Of a stretch of DNA of 64,000 bases, positions 24,915 to 34,343 are shown piece after piece (within the stretch, counting starts at the first letter, position 1; each line of letters starts with the position of its first letter). The position numbers and the translations under genes are program-made. The stretch comes from an uncultured Bacillota bacterium (GTDB lineage Bacteria > Bacillota_I > Bacilli_A > RFN20 > CAG-288), in the NCBI GenBank assembly GCA_949290645.1, contig CASESG010000001.1, forward strand, positions 5,104 through 69,103. The letters are read 5' to 3'. The notes under the pieces are model-generated. The model ran no database searches. It was not told where the DNA came from and was given only the letters and a program-made list of their open reading frames with translations.

Positions 24915-25958
24915 TTACTTATTTTTGTGATACTTGTCGAGGATTCGGAGATAGTATTCCTTCCATAGGCGATAGACATGAGGACGGCTATAGGTTTCCT
25001 TGACTTCTTTGGAGACGGAAAGGGCTTCTTGATAGAGAGTCCCTTTCTCCGACAATCTTTTAAGCAGAGTCGAGAATTCCTCGTTGTCCTTTCCGACAAG
25101 GCTCTTCTTGGGAAGAATTGGCTGATAGAGGGAGAGGCCTCGGATCAGATAGGGAAGGCCACAGGAACAGGCTTCCAGAAGGGACATCGGGAAGAGCTCG
25201 TTGTAGCTAGGAAGGAAGAAGAGATCGCTCAGCTGATAGTAACGGACCATCTCCTCTCGGGAAACAATTCCGGGGAAGAGGACGTTCTTTCTCTTCTTCT
25301 CCATCTCCTTCTTGAGGATGGGATAGCCATCCGTGATACCCTTGAAGGAGAAGCCGCCGAGCCACAGGAAGAAAAGATCCGGATTTCGATCGGCCACTTT
25401 CAAGAAATCCAGGACTCCCTTTCTTGTCTGGACCTGACCGACGGCGATGACGACAAAGCTTTTTTTTGGAATGCCAAGTTTCTCTCTCAGCTCTTCCTTC
25501 TCCTCTGGAGTCGCGGGGTGGAAGACTCTCTCGTCGACGAAGTTGGGAATGTAGGTGATTCTTTCCTTCTCGATTCCCAATCTGGTCAAGGGTTCGAGGA
25601 AGCTTGGGTTGACGACGACAATCTCCTTGGCCCGGCGATAGAAGGAGACGACATAACGGCAGAAGAGAGAAAAGATCGGTTTCGGCAGTCGAATCGAACC
25701 CTTGAGCGTCTCGGGCAGGAAGTGGACATAGCAGACGGAGAGGGTTTTCTTGTTCATCTTGAAGTAGAAGTCGGGATTGACGGAATGGACATGGACGATG
25801 TCGGCTTTACTGGGACTCTTGTTGTAGAGCAAGGTGAAATCCTCTTTTCCAAGCTCCTCCATCAGCCTTGTCTGCTCCAAAAAGGCCGAGCCGACTCCTT
25901 GGGCCGGAGCGGAGGTCGCATGGGAGAGGACATCGATGACGATCTTTTTCTCAGACAT
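24915..25958 (-). CDS. GT4-family glycosyltransferase (second diacylglycerol glycosyltransferase-like gene)
   Basis: Start chosen at MSEKKIVIDVLSH. The E-x7-E region is PSYNELFPMSLLEACSCG. Confidence 0.7.
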   Translation of the reverse strand: MSEKKIVIDVLSHATSAPAQGVGSAFLEQTRLMEELGKEDFTLLYNKSPSKADIVHVHSVNPDFYFKMNKKTLSVCYVHFLPETLKGSIRLPKPIFSLFCRYVVSFYRRAKEIVVVNPSFLEPLTRLGIEKERITYIPNFVDERVFHPATPEEKEELREKLGIPKKSFVVIAVGQVQTRKGVLDFLKVADRNPDLFFLWLGGFSFKGITDGYPILKKEMEKKRKNVLFPGIVSREEMVRYYQLSDLFFLPSYNELFPMSLLEACSCGLPYLIRGLSLYQPILPKKSLVGKDNEEFSTLLKRLSEKGTLYQEALSVSKEVKETYSRPHVYRLWKEYYLRILDKYHKNK

Positions 25959-26179
25959 GTTCTGGTTTCCTTTCGTTTTATGGCGATGTCGGAAGTGAGG
26001 AAAAGAAGGCGGAGTCAAGAAGGCCCTGAGAGAAAAGGGAAAAAGAGCCCAGCCTTCTTACCTCCGCAAAGTGAGGATTGATATTTAAGATAGCAGACTT
26101 CTTTCGAAAAATGGGGAGGAAATCGAGATGAGAGTTGCGATAGACTACTTCTTGCCGAAGAACATCGAAGGAGGAAATC

Positions 26180-27688
26180 ATGGACAACAGAGAAAAGTGG
26201 AACCGTCTTGGCAAGCTCATGGAAGAGATGGAGAATCTTCAGCACATCCGTGCTGTCCTGTCCTTTGACAGCGAGACGATCTGCCCCTTGGGAGGACAGG
26301 AAGAAGATTCCAGGGACATCGTCTATCTCTCCGACAAGATCTTTGCGATCCTCAAGAGCGAGGAATTCCAATCCCTGGTGAAAGAACTCTATGAGAGCAA
26401 CGATGGGGATGAATATTCCAGAAGACTTGTGACTCTTCTCTATCGCGACATGAAAAAGAACGAGAAAGTCACTCTCGAGCTCCAGAGCCAGTGGAACAAG
26501 GCACAGCAGGATGCCTTCCATCTCTGGGCAGAGGCTCGGGAGAAGAAGGACTACTCCCTCTTTGCCCCGGCCTTGGAGAGAATCTGCTCCCTCTCCCGGA
26601 CATTGGTCTCCCTGCGCGAGGACTATGACAAGGAGCATCCGTATCAATCCTTGATCGACGACTATGAGCCGGGCTTCACGGAGCAGGAACTTGACGAATT
26701 CTTTTCTGCCCTCCAGGAAGAAATCGTTCCTCTCCTGAAGAAGATTCGAAATTCGACCTATCGGCCGAGAGAGGATTTCCTCTCCCGCCCGATTCCTCTT
26801 TTCAAGCAGGAGGAATTCTCCCGTGCCTTGTTGAAACTCAACGGCTTCGACTTCCGCCGCGGTGCCTTGACCACGACCATTCATCCCTTCACCAGCCAGA
26901 TCGGGAAGGATGATGTCCGAGTCACGACCCACTACGACGAGACCTCCTTCGCCTCGAACCTGTATACCATCGTCCATGAGGGCGGACACGCCCTCTTCGG
27001 GCAGAACATTCCGACAGAGGTCTTCACCTCTCATCTTGGGGAGGGAAGCCTGACCATGGCCAAACACGAGTCGGTCTCCCGCTTCTACGAGAACCTTATT
27101 GGCAGAAGCCGGGATTACATCCACCTCATCTACCCGCTGTTCCGAAAGATCTTCGCCGTTGAGATGTCGGACGTCACGGAAGAGGAACTCTATGAGGCGG
27201 TCAACGCCGTCCACCTCGACAATCCAATCCGGATGGAGGCCGATGAGCTGACCTATTCGCTCCACATCCTGATCCGCTATCTTTTGGAGAAGGAGTTGAT
27301 GTCCGGAAAGTCAGACCTTTCCTCTCTCAACAAGAAGTGGAACGAACTCTATTTCGAGATTCTGGGAGTCACAGTGAAAGATGACCTCGAAGGAATCCTC
27401 CAGGATGTCCACTGGACTTCTGGCTTTGGCTATTTCCCGACCTATGCGATGGGCAATGCCTTAGGTGCGATGTATTTTTACAAGATGCAGAAAGACATCG
27501 GCTCGGATGAGTTGATCAGACAAGGAAAGATGGTGGACATCCTCGATTGGATAAGACAAAATGTCTTTGCGAGAGCCAGTCTTATGGACACCAAGGAATG
27601 GATTGGGCAGATCACTGGGGAAAAGTTCTCTCCGAGAAGATATCTCGACTATCTGAAGGAGAAGTTCAGCCGTCTCTATCGCCTATAG
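26180..27688 (+). CDS. M32 carboxypeptidase (carboxypeptidase Taq family)
   Basis: HPF motif (TIHPFTS) and zinc site HEGGHALF (HExxH). The length of about 500 aa is typical of the family. Confidence 0.85.
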   Translation: MDNREKWNRLGKLMEEMENLQHIRAVLSFDSETICPLGGQEEDSRDIVYLSDKIFAILKSEEFQSLVKELYESNDGDEYSRRLVTLLYRDMKKNEKVTLELQSQWNKAQQDAFHLWAEAREKKDYSLFAPALERICSLSRTLVSLREDYDKEHPYQSLIDDYEPGFTEQELDEFFSALQEEIVPLLKKIRNSTYRPREDFLSRPIPLFKQEEFSRALLKLNGFDFRRGALTTTIHPFTSQIGKDDVRVTTHYDETSFASNLYTIVHEGGHALFGQNIPTEVFTSHLGEGSLTMAKHESVSRFYENLIGRSRDYIHLIYPLFRKIFAVEMSDVTEEELYEAVNAVHLDNPIRMEADELTYSLHILIRYLLEKELMSGKSDLSSLNKKWNELYFEILGVTVKDDLEGILQDVHWTSGFGYFPTYAMGNALGAMYFYKMQKDIGSDELIRQGKMVDILDWIRQNVFARASLMDTKEWIGQITGEKFSPRRYLDYLKEKFSRLYRL

Positions 27689-28563
27689 GAGAGAAGGTTC
27701 TTGAGATAGGGAAGAATGCTTTCGACATCCGACAAGGCACCTGGGAAGTCTTTTTCGCTCTCCTTGGCGGCTTGATGGAAGACCTCGCTGGCAAAGCAGG
27801 TCAAATCGAAGAGAGAGAAAGTTTTCGTCCCATAGGAGAGAAGGCCCGCCAGGAAACCGGCCAAGGCATCGCCTGAGCCGGCTTTTCCGAGGGCACAAGC
27901 CGGCTCTTCCTCGAGACATTCGGCCTTCTCCTTGTCGACGACGATCGAGCTGTAGGACTTCAGCAGCAAAGTCACATCGTATCTCTTGGCATATTCCTGA
28001 GCCAGGGGGACGTAATCTTTGGGATTCCGGCCGAGATTGTCACACCGGAAGAGTCTCTTCGCCTCCCCGAGGTGGGGTGTCAAAAGAATGCAGGAATTGG
28101 GATTCTTCTTTTGCAGGGGTAGGCTGTCCTTCTCCGCAAGGAGGGCGAGTGCGGTGGCATCGAGGATGAGATTTCCGGGGTAGAAGGAGATCAGCTTTTC
28201 CAAGAAGGTGGCGTTCTTTTCGGTCCGTGCGATTCCGTTTCCAATCAGGACGGAAGTCGCCTTGCTCAGGATCTTTTCGGCTTTCTCATCGAATAGGAAG
28301 GACTCTTCTTCCTGATGGAAGTTGCTGGCGATGGCTGTCTTGGTGATGCGAGAGAAGACGATCTCATAGATGCTTCTTGGGACGGCGACTTCCTGGAAGG
28401 CGGTTCCGGAGAGGGAGCAGTAACTGGAGGAGATGGCAATCGCTCCGGGATAGTCCAGGCATCCTCCAATGAGCAAGGTCATGCCGAAATCGCTCTTGAT
28501 TCCCTGTTCGTCGCGCCGGAGGTAGAGAAGTTCGTGGATTTCCTTCTTACGTTCATGATTCAT
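27676..28563 (-). CDS. nnrD: ADP-dependent NAD(P)H-hydrate dehydratase (YjeF C-terminal type)
   Basis: Start chosen at MNHERKK (28563). GKAGSGDALAGFLAGLL is the typical carbohydrate-kinase-like NnrD motif. Confidence 0.75.
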   Translation of the reverse strand: MNHERKKEIHELLYLRRDEQGIKSDFGMTLLIGGCLDYPGAIAISSSYCSLSGTAFQEVAVPRSIYEIVFSRITKTAIASNFHQEEESFLFDEKAEKILSKATSVLIGNGIARTEKNATFLEKLISFYPGNLILDATALALLAEKDSLPLQKKNPNSCILLTPHLGEAKRLFRCDNLGRNPKDYVPLAQEYAKRYDVTLLLKSYSSIVVDKEKAECLEEEPACALGKAGSGDALAGFLAGLLSYGTKTFSLFDLTCFASEVFHQAAKESEKDFPGALSDVESILPYLKNLLSYRR

Positions 28564-28568
28564 CTTTC

Positions 28569-29459
28569 TTACTTCCCGAAGAGGTCTTTTGTGGTCTCTT
28601 GATATTCCTTCTTGCTCTCTCTCTTGTCCTTTCCGTTCTTGATGTCCTGCCAGGAATCGAAACGAAGCTGGAGCAGGAGGGCGAGTCTCTTCTTTCGGAA
28701 GACTTTCCTTGCGAGAACGGGACATTCCTTCTCGAGGATGGACTTTCCGAGAAGGAAAGCTTCCTCGTGTTTTAGGAGAGTGTCTCTTCTGGGCCTTGCC
28801 ATCAGGGAACCTTTCCATTGGCGATAGAGATAGAGAGGTCTCTTGATGGAGACGACCTTCGGGGCCAAGGAGAGGGCGTGGTAGAGGAAGGGAAGGTCTT
28901 CATAGGTATCCAGAGAAGGGAAGAGAATGTGGTTCTTCAAGAGAAAATCCCGGCGATAGATCCTTCCCCAGACGAATGTCCTCTGCTTCAGGAAGGGACT
29001 GGTCAGAAGGTGGAAGAGGAAATTCTTTCCGTCTCCTTCCTTCCTCAGGCGCGAATAGCCTCTCTTCACTTTCTTTCCCATCAAGAGGGAATAACCTCCG
29101 CTTGCAATCGTGGCGTTCTTCTTTTCCGCCAAGGGGACAAGGACGGAGAGGAAATCCTTCTTGAGGACATCGTCGGAATCGACGAATGCCAGATACTTCC
29201 CTCGTGCGCAGAGAATGCCGGCGTTCCTGGTGGCGGAGACTCCGTCGTTTTTCGCCCGCCGGTAATAACGATACAGGTTCGGCTTCTCTCGTTCCCTCTT
29301 CTGGCAGAGCTTGTGGACTTCCTCCCCGCCTCCGAAGTTCAGGAGCAGGATCTCATAGCGAAAGGAAATCTCTTCCTGTCGCTCCAGGGAATCCAAGCAG
29401 GCCTCGAGATATGGGTGATTGGGAAAGATGGGGACGATAAGGGAGACAAGGACCTCCAT
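28569..29459 (-). CDS. GT2-family glycosyltransferase
   Basis: VSLIVPIFPNHPYLEACLDSL...ATRNAGILCARGKYLAFVDSDD shows the GT-A fold DxD motifs. Confidence 0.8.
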   Translation of the reverse strand: MEVLVSLIVPIFPNHPYLEACLDSLERQEEISFRYEILLLNFGGGEEVHKLCQKREREKPNLYRYYRRAKNDGVSATRNAGILCARGKYLAFVDSDDVLKKDFLSVLVPLAEKKNATIASGGYSLLMGKKVKRGYSRLRKEGDGKNFLFHLLTSPFLKQRTFVWGRIYRRDFLLKNHILFPSLDTYEDLPFLYHALSLAPKVVSIKRPLYLYRQWKGSLMARPRRDTLLKHEEAFLLGKSILEKECPVLARKVFRKKRLALLLQLRFDSWQDIKNGKDKRESKKEYQETTKDLFGK

Positions 29460-29462
29460 CTC

Positions 29463-30419
29463 TTACTCCTTGGGGATGTAGACGGAACGATCGAAGTCGG
29501 CCAGGCGGATGTTTCTTTTCTGAAATTCCTTGTAGAAGGTTCTCTGCGCTTCGGAACGGACGTCCCAGTAATCCTCGTTCTTCATGTAGAAGACGACCTT
29601 GATCTTGATACAGTTGGGCCGGCTCTGGCTGAAGTCCTCGATGGCGGTCGCTGTCTTCTGGTCTTGTGGCAGGTTGATGACGCCGGGGACGCTGTTTGCG
29701 ATCTCTTCCAACAGGGCACAGGTCTTGTCGACGTCGATGCCGTTCAGGAAGGTGAAATACAAGGCGATGCGCCGATATTTCAGAGTGGAATGATCGACGA
29801 CGATATCCGCACTCATCTTCGTGTTCGGTATCAGGATTGTCTTTCCGTCGACCGTTGACAAAGATGTCCGCATCATCGAAATCTTCGTGATTGTTCCTTC
29901 TTCGCCATCGACGCTGATATAATCTCCGGTCTTGAGGTTTCCCTCCGAGAGGATGATGATTCCGTTGGCGAAGTTGGTGATGACATCCTGAAGGCCCAAG
30001 CCGATGGCAAGGAAGGCCGAGGAGATGATCGAGGCAAAGCCCGCAAGAGGGATGCCGAGGACGAAGATGACAAGCAGTGCCAGAAGGATTGCCAGGAAGA
30101 ATTTCAGGGACGTGACGATGAAGTTGATGACCGAGGGGTCGAGGGCACGGACTCTCTGCCCGTCTTTGTGCGCTCTCTTCTTGACCTTGGTCAGGGACTT
30201 TCGAAGCAGGTGGCAGAAGAGCTTGATGAGATAGATGCCCGCGATCAGGATGACGATGGCCAGCGTGATGCGGATGGCAAGGACGACCCCGTCGACGGTG
30301 AAGAAGTGGACGATCTGGTCGCTCAGGTCCTGCCAAAAGTTTCCTCCGCCAGTCGTGGAGGAAGAGGAACTCTCTGCCGCTTGCGCTGTCTGGGAAGAAT
30401 CCACAAGGAATGGGAACAT
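29463..30419 (-). CDS. MscS-family mechanosensitive channel
   Basis: TM helices followed by FANGIIILSEGNLKTGDYISVDGEEGTITKISMMRTSLSTVDGKTILIPN. Confidence 0.85.
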   Translation of the reverse strand: MFPFLVDSSQTAQAAESSSSSTTGGGNFWQDLSDQIVHFFTVDGVVLAIRITLAIVILIAGIYLIKLFCHLLRKSLTKVKKRAHKDGQRVRALDPSVINFIVTSLKFFLAILLALLVIFVLGIPLAGFASIISSAFLAIGLGLQDVITNFANGIIILSEGNLKTGDYISVDGEEGTITKISMMRTSLSTVDGKTILIPNTKMSADIVVDHSTLKYRRIALYFTFLNGIDVDKTCALLEEIANSVPGVINLPQDQKTATAIEDFSQSRPNCIKIKVVFYMKNEDYWDVRSEAQRTFYKEFQKRNIRLADFDRSVYIPKE

Positions 30420-30539
30420 ACTTCAATTATAGCTTTCGAAGGCCTTTGTTTAGTAGGAAAATGTGTTTCTTGCCCTTGAAAGTCGGGCGCTTGTGGAAAC
30501 GGGATTTCTCCCCCTTCCTTGTCGAGGATTGCGGTTTCT

Positions 30540-30557
30540 TCTAGAATATATTCTAGA
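30540..30557. promoter_or_regulatory. Perfect 18-bp palindrome, candidate operator in a divergent intergenic region
   Basis: TCTAGAATATATTCTAGA equals its own reverse complement. It lies between the mscS start (30419) and the lipoprotein start (30618). Confidence 0.35.
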
Positions 30558-30617
30558 TACTATCGTTTTATCCTTCCGAATGTTGTAAAATACCTGTGTT
30601 TTTGGGAGTGATTTGCG

Positions 30618-32696
30618 ATGAAAAGAAAAGTGCCCGTGCTTCTGCTGACAACCTTCCTGAGCCTGCTTCTGCCCTCTTGCGACCAATACGTCGAGGGGAC
30701 GATTCTCTTCGACTTGAACGGTGGCTCCTTTCCGGAGAGCTTTCATTTCGATTCCTTGAGCGGCGAGGGAGGACAGAGAGTCGAGACGGATATTCCCGAT
30801 CCCATCCGCGAAGGCTATTACTTCGTCGGCTGGCGCCTTTTGGAAAAGGACGGGACCTATTCGGAAATCACCACCTATCTCGATCAGAAGACCGGCGAAT
30901 CCTACTATCGCTTCCCTTATGGAGACGTGACGATGGTGGCGTATTTCGAGCCGCTGATGGAGATTTCTTTCGACCTGACGGAAGGAAAGGAGCGCTCTGG
31001 CGCTTTGGTCGCTCCGGAGAATCCCTCTCTCTATGACGCGGACACTTCCACCTTGGACGGATATACGACGATGCGCATTCCCTCCAACGTCTATCTTCCC
31101 ACGGCGACGGCCGAGCATCTTAATTTCGAATACTGGTATACGAAATATCCTCTGGTCGAGACCGAAGATGAGACGGGAACTTCCCGCTTCGTCCTGGACA
31201 CGACAAAGCCGGAAGGGGAATATCGTTTCGACACGGGTTTCGAAAGCGAGGACGGAGCCAGCCGGCCGATGGCCTTCCCCGAGAGCGAGGACGGAAAGCT
31301 GACTCTCTATGCCTCCTGGACGGAAGACCCCAAGGTGACGATCCATTTCGGCTTGGAAGAATATGGAGTCAAGGTGGCTCCTCTCACGTTCCTGCTCGGC
31401 GTCGGCGAGGACATCTCCGCCCCCTTGATCAGCGAAGTCAAGAACACCCTCGGAATCGACCTTTCCCAGGCGGGATACAAGTACTATCGCGAGGAGGGGA
31501 TCGACCTCCGCTTTGCCGGGGCCTATCTCGACGAAGAATGCACCAAGCCTTTCCCCTTCCCCTCCTTGGAGGCGGATGGCGGAAGAGAGGATGTTCCGAT
31601 TTCCACGCAGGATGTCGAGATCTATCTGAACTGGAGCGAGAAGATCGACCTCACTTTGGACTATGGCGAAGGAAAGGTCGGGGAGGAATCCTCCTTCCAC
31701 AGCCAAGACTATTATGTCGGCGATATCCTCGGCTCGGACTTTGCCTCTTTGCATCGTCCTTCCAAGGAAAATGCCGAATTCCAGGGCTTCACCTTCAACG
31801 GCGAGAGCTTCGACCTCTCCTTCGATCCGCTCCCGAAGACGGATGACGGAAAGGTGACCCTGGTCGCCACCTATGCGGACTATCCGCAGCTGACCGTCGT
31901 CGTCGACTATCCCGATTCCGCTCTCAACGTCACCCTTGACCCGAAGCGATTCCTGGCCGGGGAGGATGTCTCCTCCTATGTGGGCTTTGTCGTGAACGAA
32001 GAAAAAGCTGACGACTATGCGGTCTATGACATCGTCTATCAGCAGAAGGGAGATGACGGAAGCTATGGCGAGAAAGCGCCTTTCTCGAACATGATCATGC
32101 CGATGGAAGACACGATTGTCACGATCGAGATGGGATACAAGGCCATCGTGAACATCCATCCCATGGTCGGTGTCTACGGAGAGACGTATTCGGAATTCGA
32201 TCTCTCCTCTGCCCTTCCCGATTATGAGACGACAAGACGCTACGGAAAGACCTATGATGCCACGGAAGGGACGTTCCTTCCGGAGACCTATGGCCCAGAG
32301 GAGCTTGACCCCGGAGTGGAATCCCTTCCGGGACTGATCGATTCGAAGAGGCAATACTTCTACGAAGGAATCTATGCCGATTCGGAGCTGACAAGAGAGC
32401 TTCTTCCTTCGGGTGTCGAGATCTTCCGCGACCAGCCCCAGGTGATCGACGTCTATCTCAAGTTCACCCAGTCGATCGATGTCACTCTCGTCTATGAGGA
32501 TGGCTCGAAGAGCGAGGAGACCTACACCGTCCTTCCGGCGATGCGGAGCGAGGATTTCTTCGCCCAAATCTATGGAGCGGATTTCGATCTCTCGAAGTGG
32601 GACATCTTCACGGCTCTGCCGGATGGCACCACGGCGATGATCGACGGATGGATTCCCTCGACCGACTGCACGCTGACTCTTCGTGCGAGGAACTGA
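30618..32696 (+). CDS. Surface lipoprotein with repeated beta-rich (Listeria-Bacteroides/InlB-B-like) modules
   Basis: Signal peptide plus lipobox LLLPSC. Recurrent G(Y/F)xFxGW-type modules (GYYFVGWRL, FEYWYT, FQGFTFNG). Confidence 0.65.
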   Translation: MKRKVPVLLLTTFLSLLLPSCDQYVEGTILFDLNGGSFPESFHFDSLSGEGGQRVETDIPDPIREGYYFVGWRLLEKDGTYSEITTYLDQKTGESYYRFPYGDVTMVAYFEPLMEISFDLTEGKERSGALVAPENPSLYDADTSTLDGYTTMRIPSNVYLPTATAEHLNFEYWYTKYPLVETEDETGTSRFVLDTTKPEGEYRFDTGFESEDGASRPMAFPESEDGKLTLYASWTEDPKVTIHFGLEEYGVKVAPLTFLLGVGEDISAPLISEVKNTLGIDLSQAGYKYYREEGIDLRFAGAYLDEECTKPFPFPSLEADGGREDVPISTQDVEIYLNWSEKIDLTLDYGEGKVGEESSFHSQDYYVGDILGSDFASLHRPSKENAEFQGFTFNGESFDLSFDPLPKTDDGKVTLVATYADYPQLTVVVDYPDSALNVTLDPKRFLAGEDVSSYVGFVVNEEKADDYAVYDIVYQQKGDDGSYGEKAPFSNMIMPMEDTIVTIEMGYKAIVNIHPMVGVYGETYSEFDLSSALPDYETTRRYGKTYDATEGTFLPETYGPEELDPGVESLPGLIDSKRQYFYEGIYADSELTRELLPSGVEIFRDQPQVIDVYLKFTQSIDVTLVYEDGSKSEETYTVLPAMRSEDFFAQIYGADFDLSKWDIFTALPDGTTAMIDGWIPSTDCTLTLRARN

Positions 32697-32738
32697 ACGT
32701 TTCTTTGATTTTCATTGTGAGGAAAGGATCACTTTTTC

Positions 32739-33854
32739 ATGAGCTTAACCGCAGGTATCGTCGGCTTGCCCAACGTCGGCAAGTCCACTCTCTTCAACGC
32801 CATCACCAACAGCAATGTCCTTGCTGAGAACTATCCGTTTGCGACGATTCAGCCAAACACCGGTGTCGTGGAGGTCAAAGATCCGCGCTTCGACCGGCTT
32901 GTCGAGATCTTCCAACCCGCTCGCCAGGTTCGGGCGACGTTCGAATTCACGGATATCGCCGGATTGGTCAAGGGAGCGAGCAAGGGAGAAGGCCTGGGAA
33001 ACCAATTCCTCGGAAACATCCGAAACACGAATTGCATCATCCATGTCATCCGCTGCTTCGAGAACAGCGACATCATCTCTTACAACGGCCGTCCGGTCGA
33101 TCCGGTCAGCGACGCGATGGAAGTCGACCTGGAATTGATCCTGTCCGACATCGACGTCCTGCAAAAGCGCCTGGAGAAGGTCGAGCGCAAGGCCATCACC
33201 ACCAAGGACAAGGACGGTCTTGTCGAGGTCTCGGCGATCCACAAGCTCCTGGATGCCCTGCAGCACGAGAAGATGGCTCGGGATGTCGAGCTCTCCTTCG
33301 AGGAGAAGGAGAAGGTCCAGGACTTCGCCCTCATCACGTTGAAACCGGTCATCTATGTCGGAAACGTCGATGAGGAAAGCTACGCCGACCCGATGAAGAA
33401 CGAGCATTTCAAGGCCCTTTCGGAATTCGCCAAGAAGGAGAATGCCGAGTGCATCCCGGTCTCGGCCTTGATCGAAGAGGAATTGACCAAGGTCTCTCCG
33501 GAAGACCGCAAGGAATACCTGGAATCTTTGGGCACTTCCCAGACGGGTCTCGACAAGATCACGATGGCGGCTTATCACATCCTGGGCCTGAGGACGTTCT
33601 TCACGGGCGGAAAGGACGAAGTCCGTGCCTGGACCTTCCGCGAAGGAATGACGGCTCCGGAATGTGCGGGTGTCATCCACTCCGACTTCCAGAAGTTCTT
33701 CCTCAAGACGGAGGTCTACACCTATGACGACCTGATTGCCTACGGTTCGGAAGAGAAGGTCAAGCAGGCGGGAAAGATGATGACGGTCGGTAAGGACTAC
33801 AAGGTCCAGGATGGCGACATCCTCTACATTCGCTCCGCCGCGGCGAGGAAATGA
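32739..33854 (+). CDS. ychF: Redox-regulated ATPase YchF
   Basis: GIVGLPNVGKSTLFNAIT P-loop, TGS-like C-terminus, 371 aa. Confidence 0.95.
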   Translation: MSLTAGIVGLPNVGKSTLFNAITNSNVLAENYPFATIQPNTGVVEVKDPRFDRLVEIFQPARQVRATFEFTDIAGLVKGASKGEGLGNQFLGNIRNTNCIIHVIRCFENSDIISYNGRPVDPVSDAMEVDLELILSDIDVLQKRLEKVERKAITTKDKDGLVEVSAIHKLLDALQHEKMARDVELSFEEKEKVQDFALITLKPVIYVGNVDEESYADPMKNEHFKALSEFAKKENAECIPVSALIEEELTKVSPEDRKEYLESLGTSQTGLDKITMAAYHILGLRTFFTGGKDEVRAWTFREGMTAPECAGVIHSDFQKFFLKTEVYTYDDLIAYGSEEKVKQAGKMMTVGKDYKVQDGDILYIRSAAARK

Positions 33855-34339
33855 AGATGGACATCCGCACCGGTTTCGGCTATGACATCCATCGTCTGGT
33901 GGAAGGGGAATACCTGCTCCTAGGCAGGATCCGCGTTCCTTCCTCCTGCATGATCGATGCCCATTCCGACGGGGACATCGTCCTCCATGCCGTCAGCCAG
34001 GCTCTCTACTCCGCCATCGGGGAAGAGGACATCGGAACCCACTTCCCGGACACGGTCAACGAGACGAAGGGGATGGATTCCGCTCAGCTTCTGATCTCTG
34101 CCGTCCACGATGTCGAGAAGGCCGGCTTCCAGCTCTCCAATCTCGTCGTCACCATCGTCCTGGAGAAGCCAAAGCTCAAGGACTACAAGGAACAGATCAA
34201 GAAATCCTTGTCCCATCTTCTGGGAATGGAGAGTTCCCGCATCGCCGTTCATGCCAACACTTCCGAGCGCCTGGGAGCGGTCGGAGAGGGAAAAGCCATC
34301 GAGTGCTATTCCCTCGTCACCCTGATCAAGGAGAATTGA
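33851..34339 (+). CDS. ispF: 2-C-methyl-D-erythritol 2,4-cyclodiphosphate synthase
   Basis: GFGYDIHRL and AHSDGDIVLHAV motifs. Confidence 0.9.
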   Translation: MKMDIRTGFGYDIHRLVEGEYLLLGRIRVPSSCMIDAHSDGDIVLHAVSQALYSAIGEEDIGTHFPDTVNETKGMDSAQLLISAVHDVEKAGFQLSNLVVTIVLEKPKLKDYKEQIKKSLSHLLGMESSRIAVHANTSERLGAVGEGKAIECYSLVTLIKEN

Positions 34340-34343
34340 ACAT

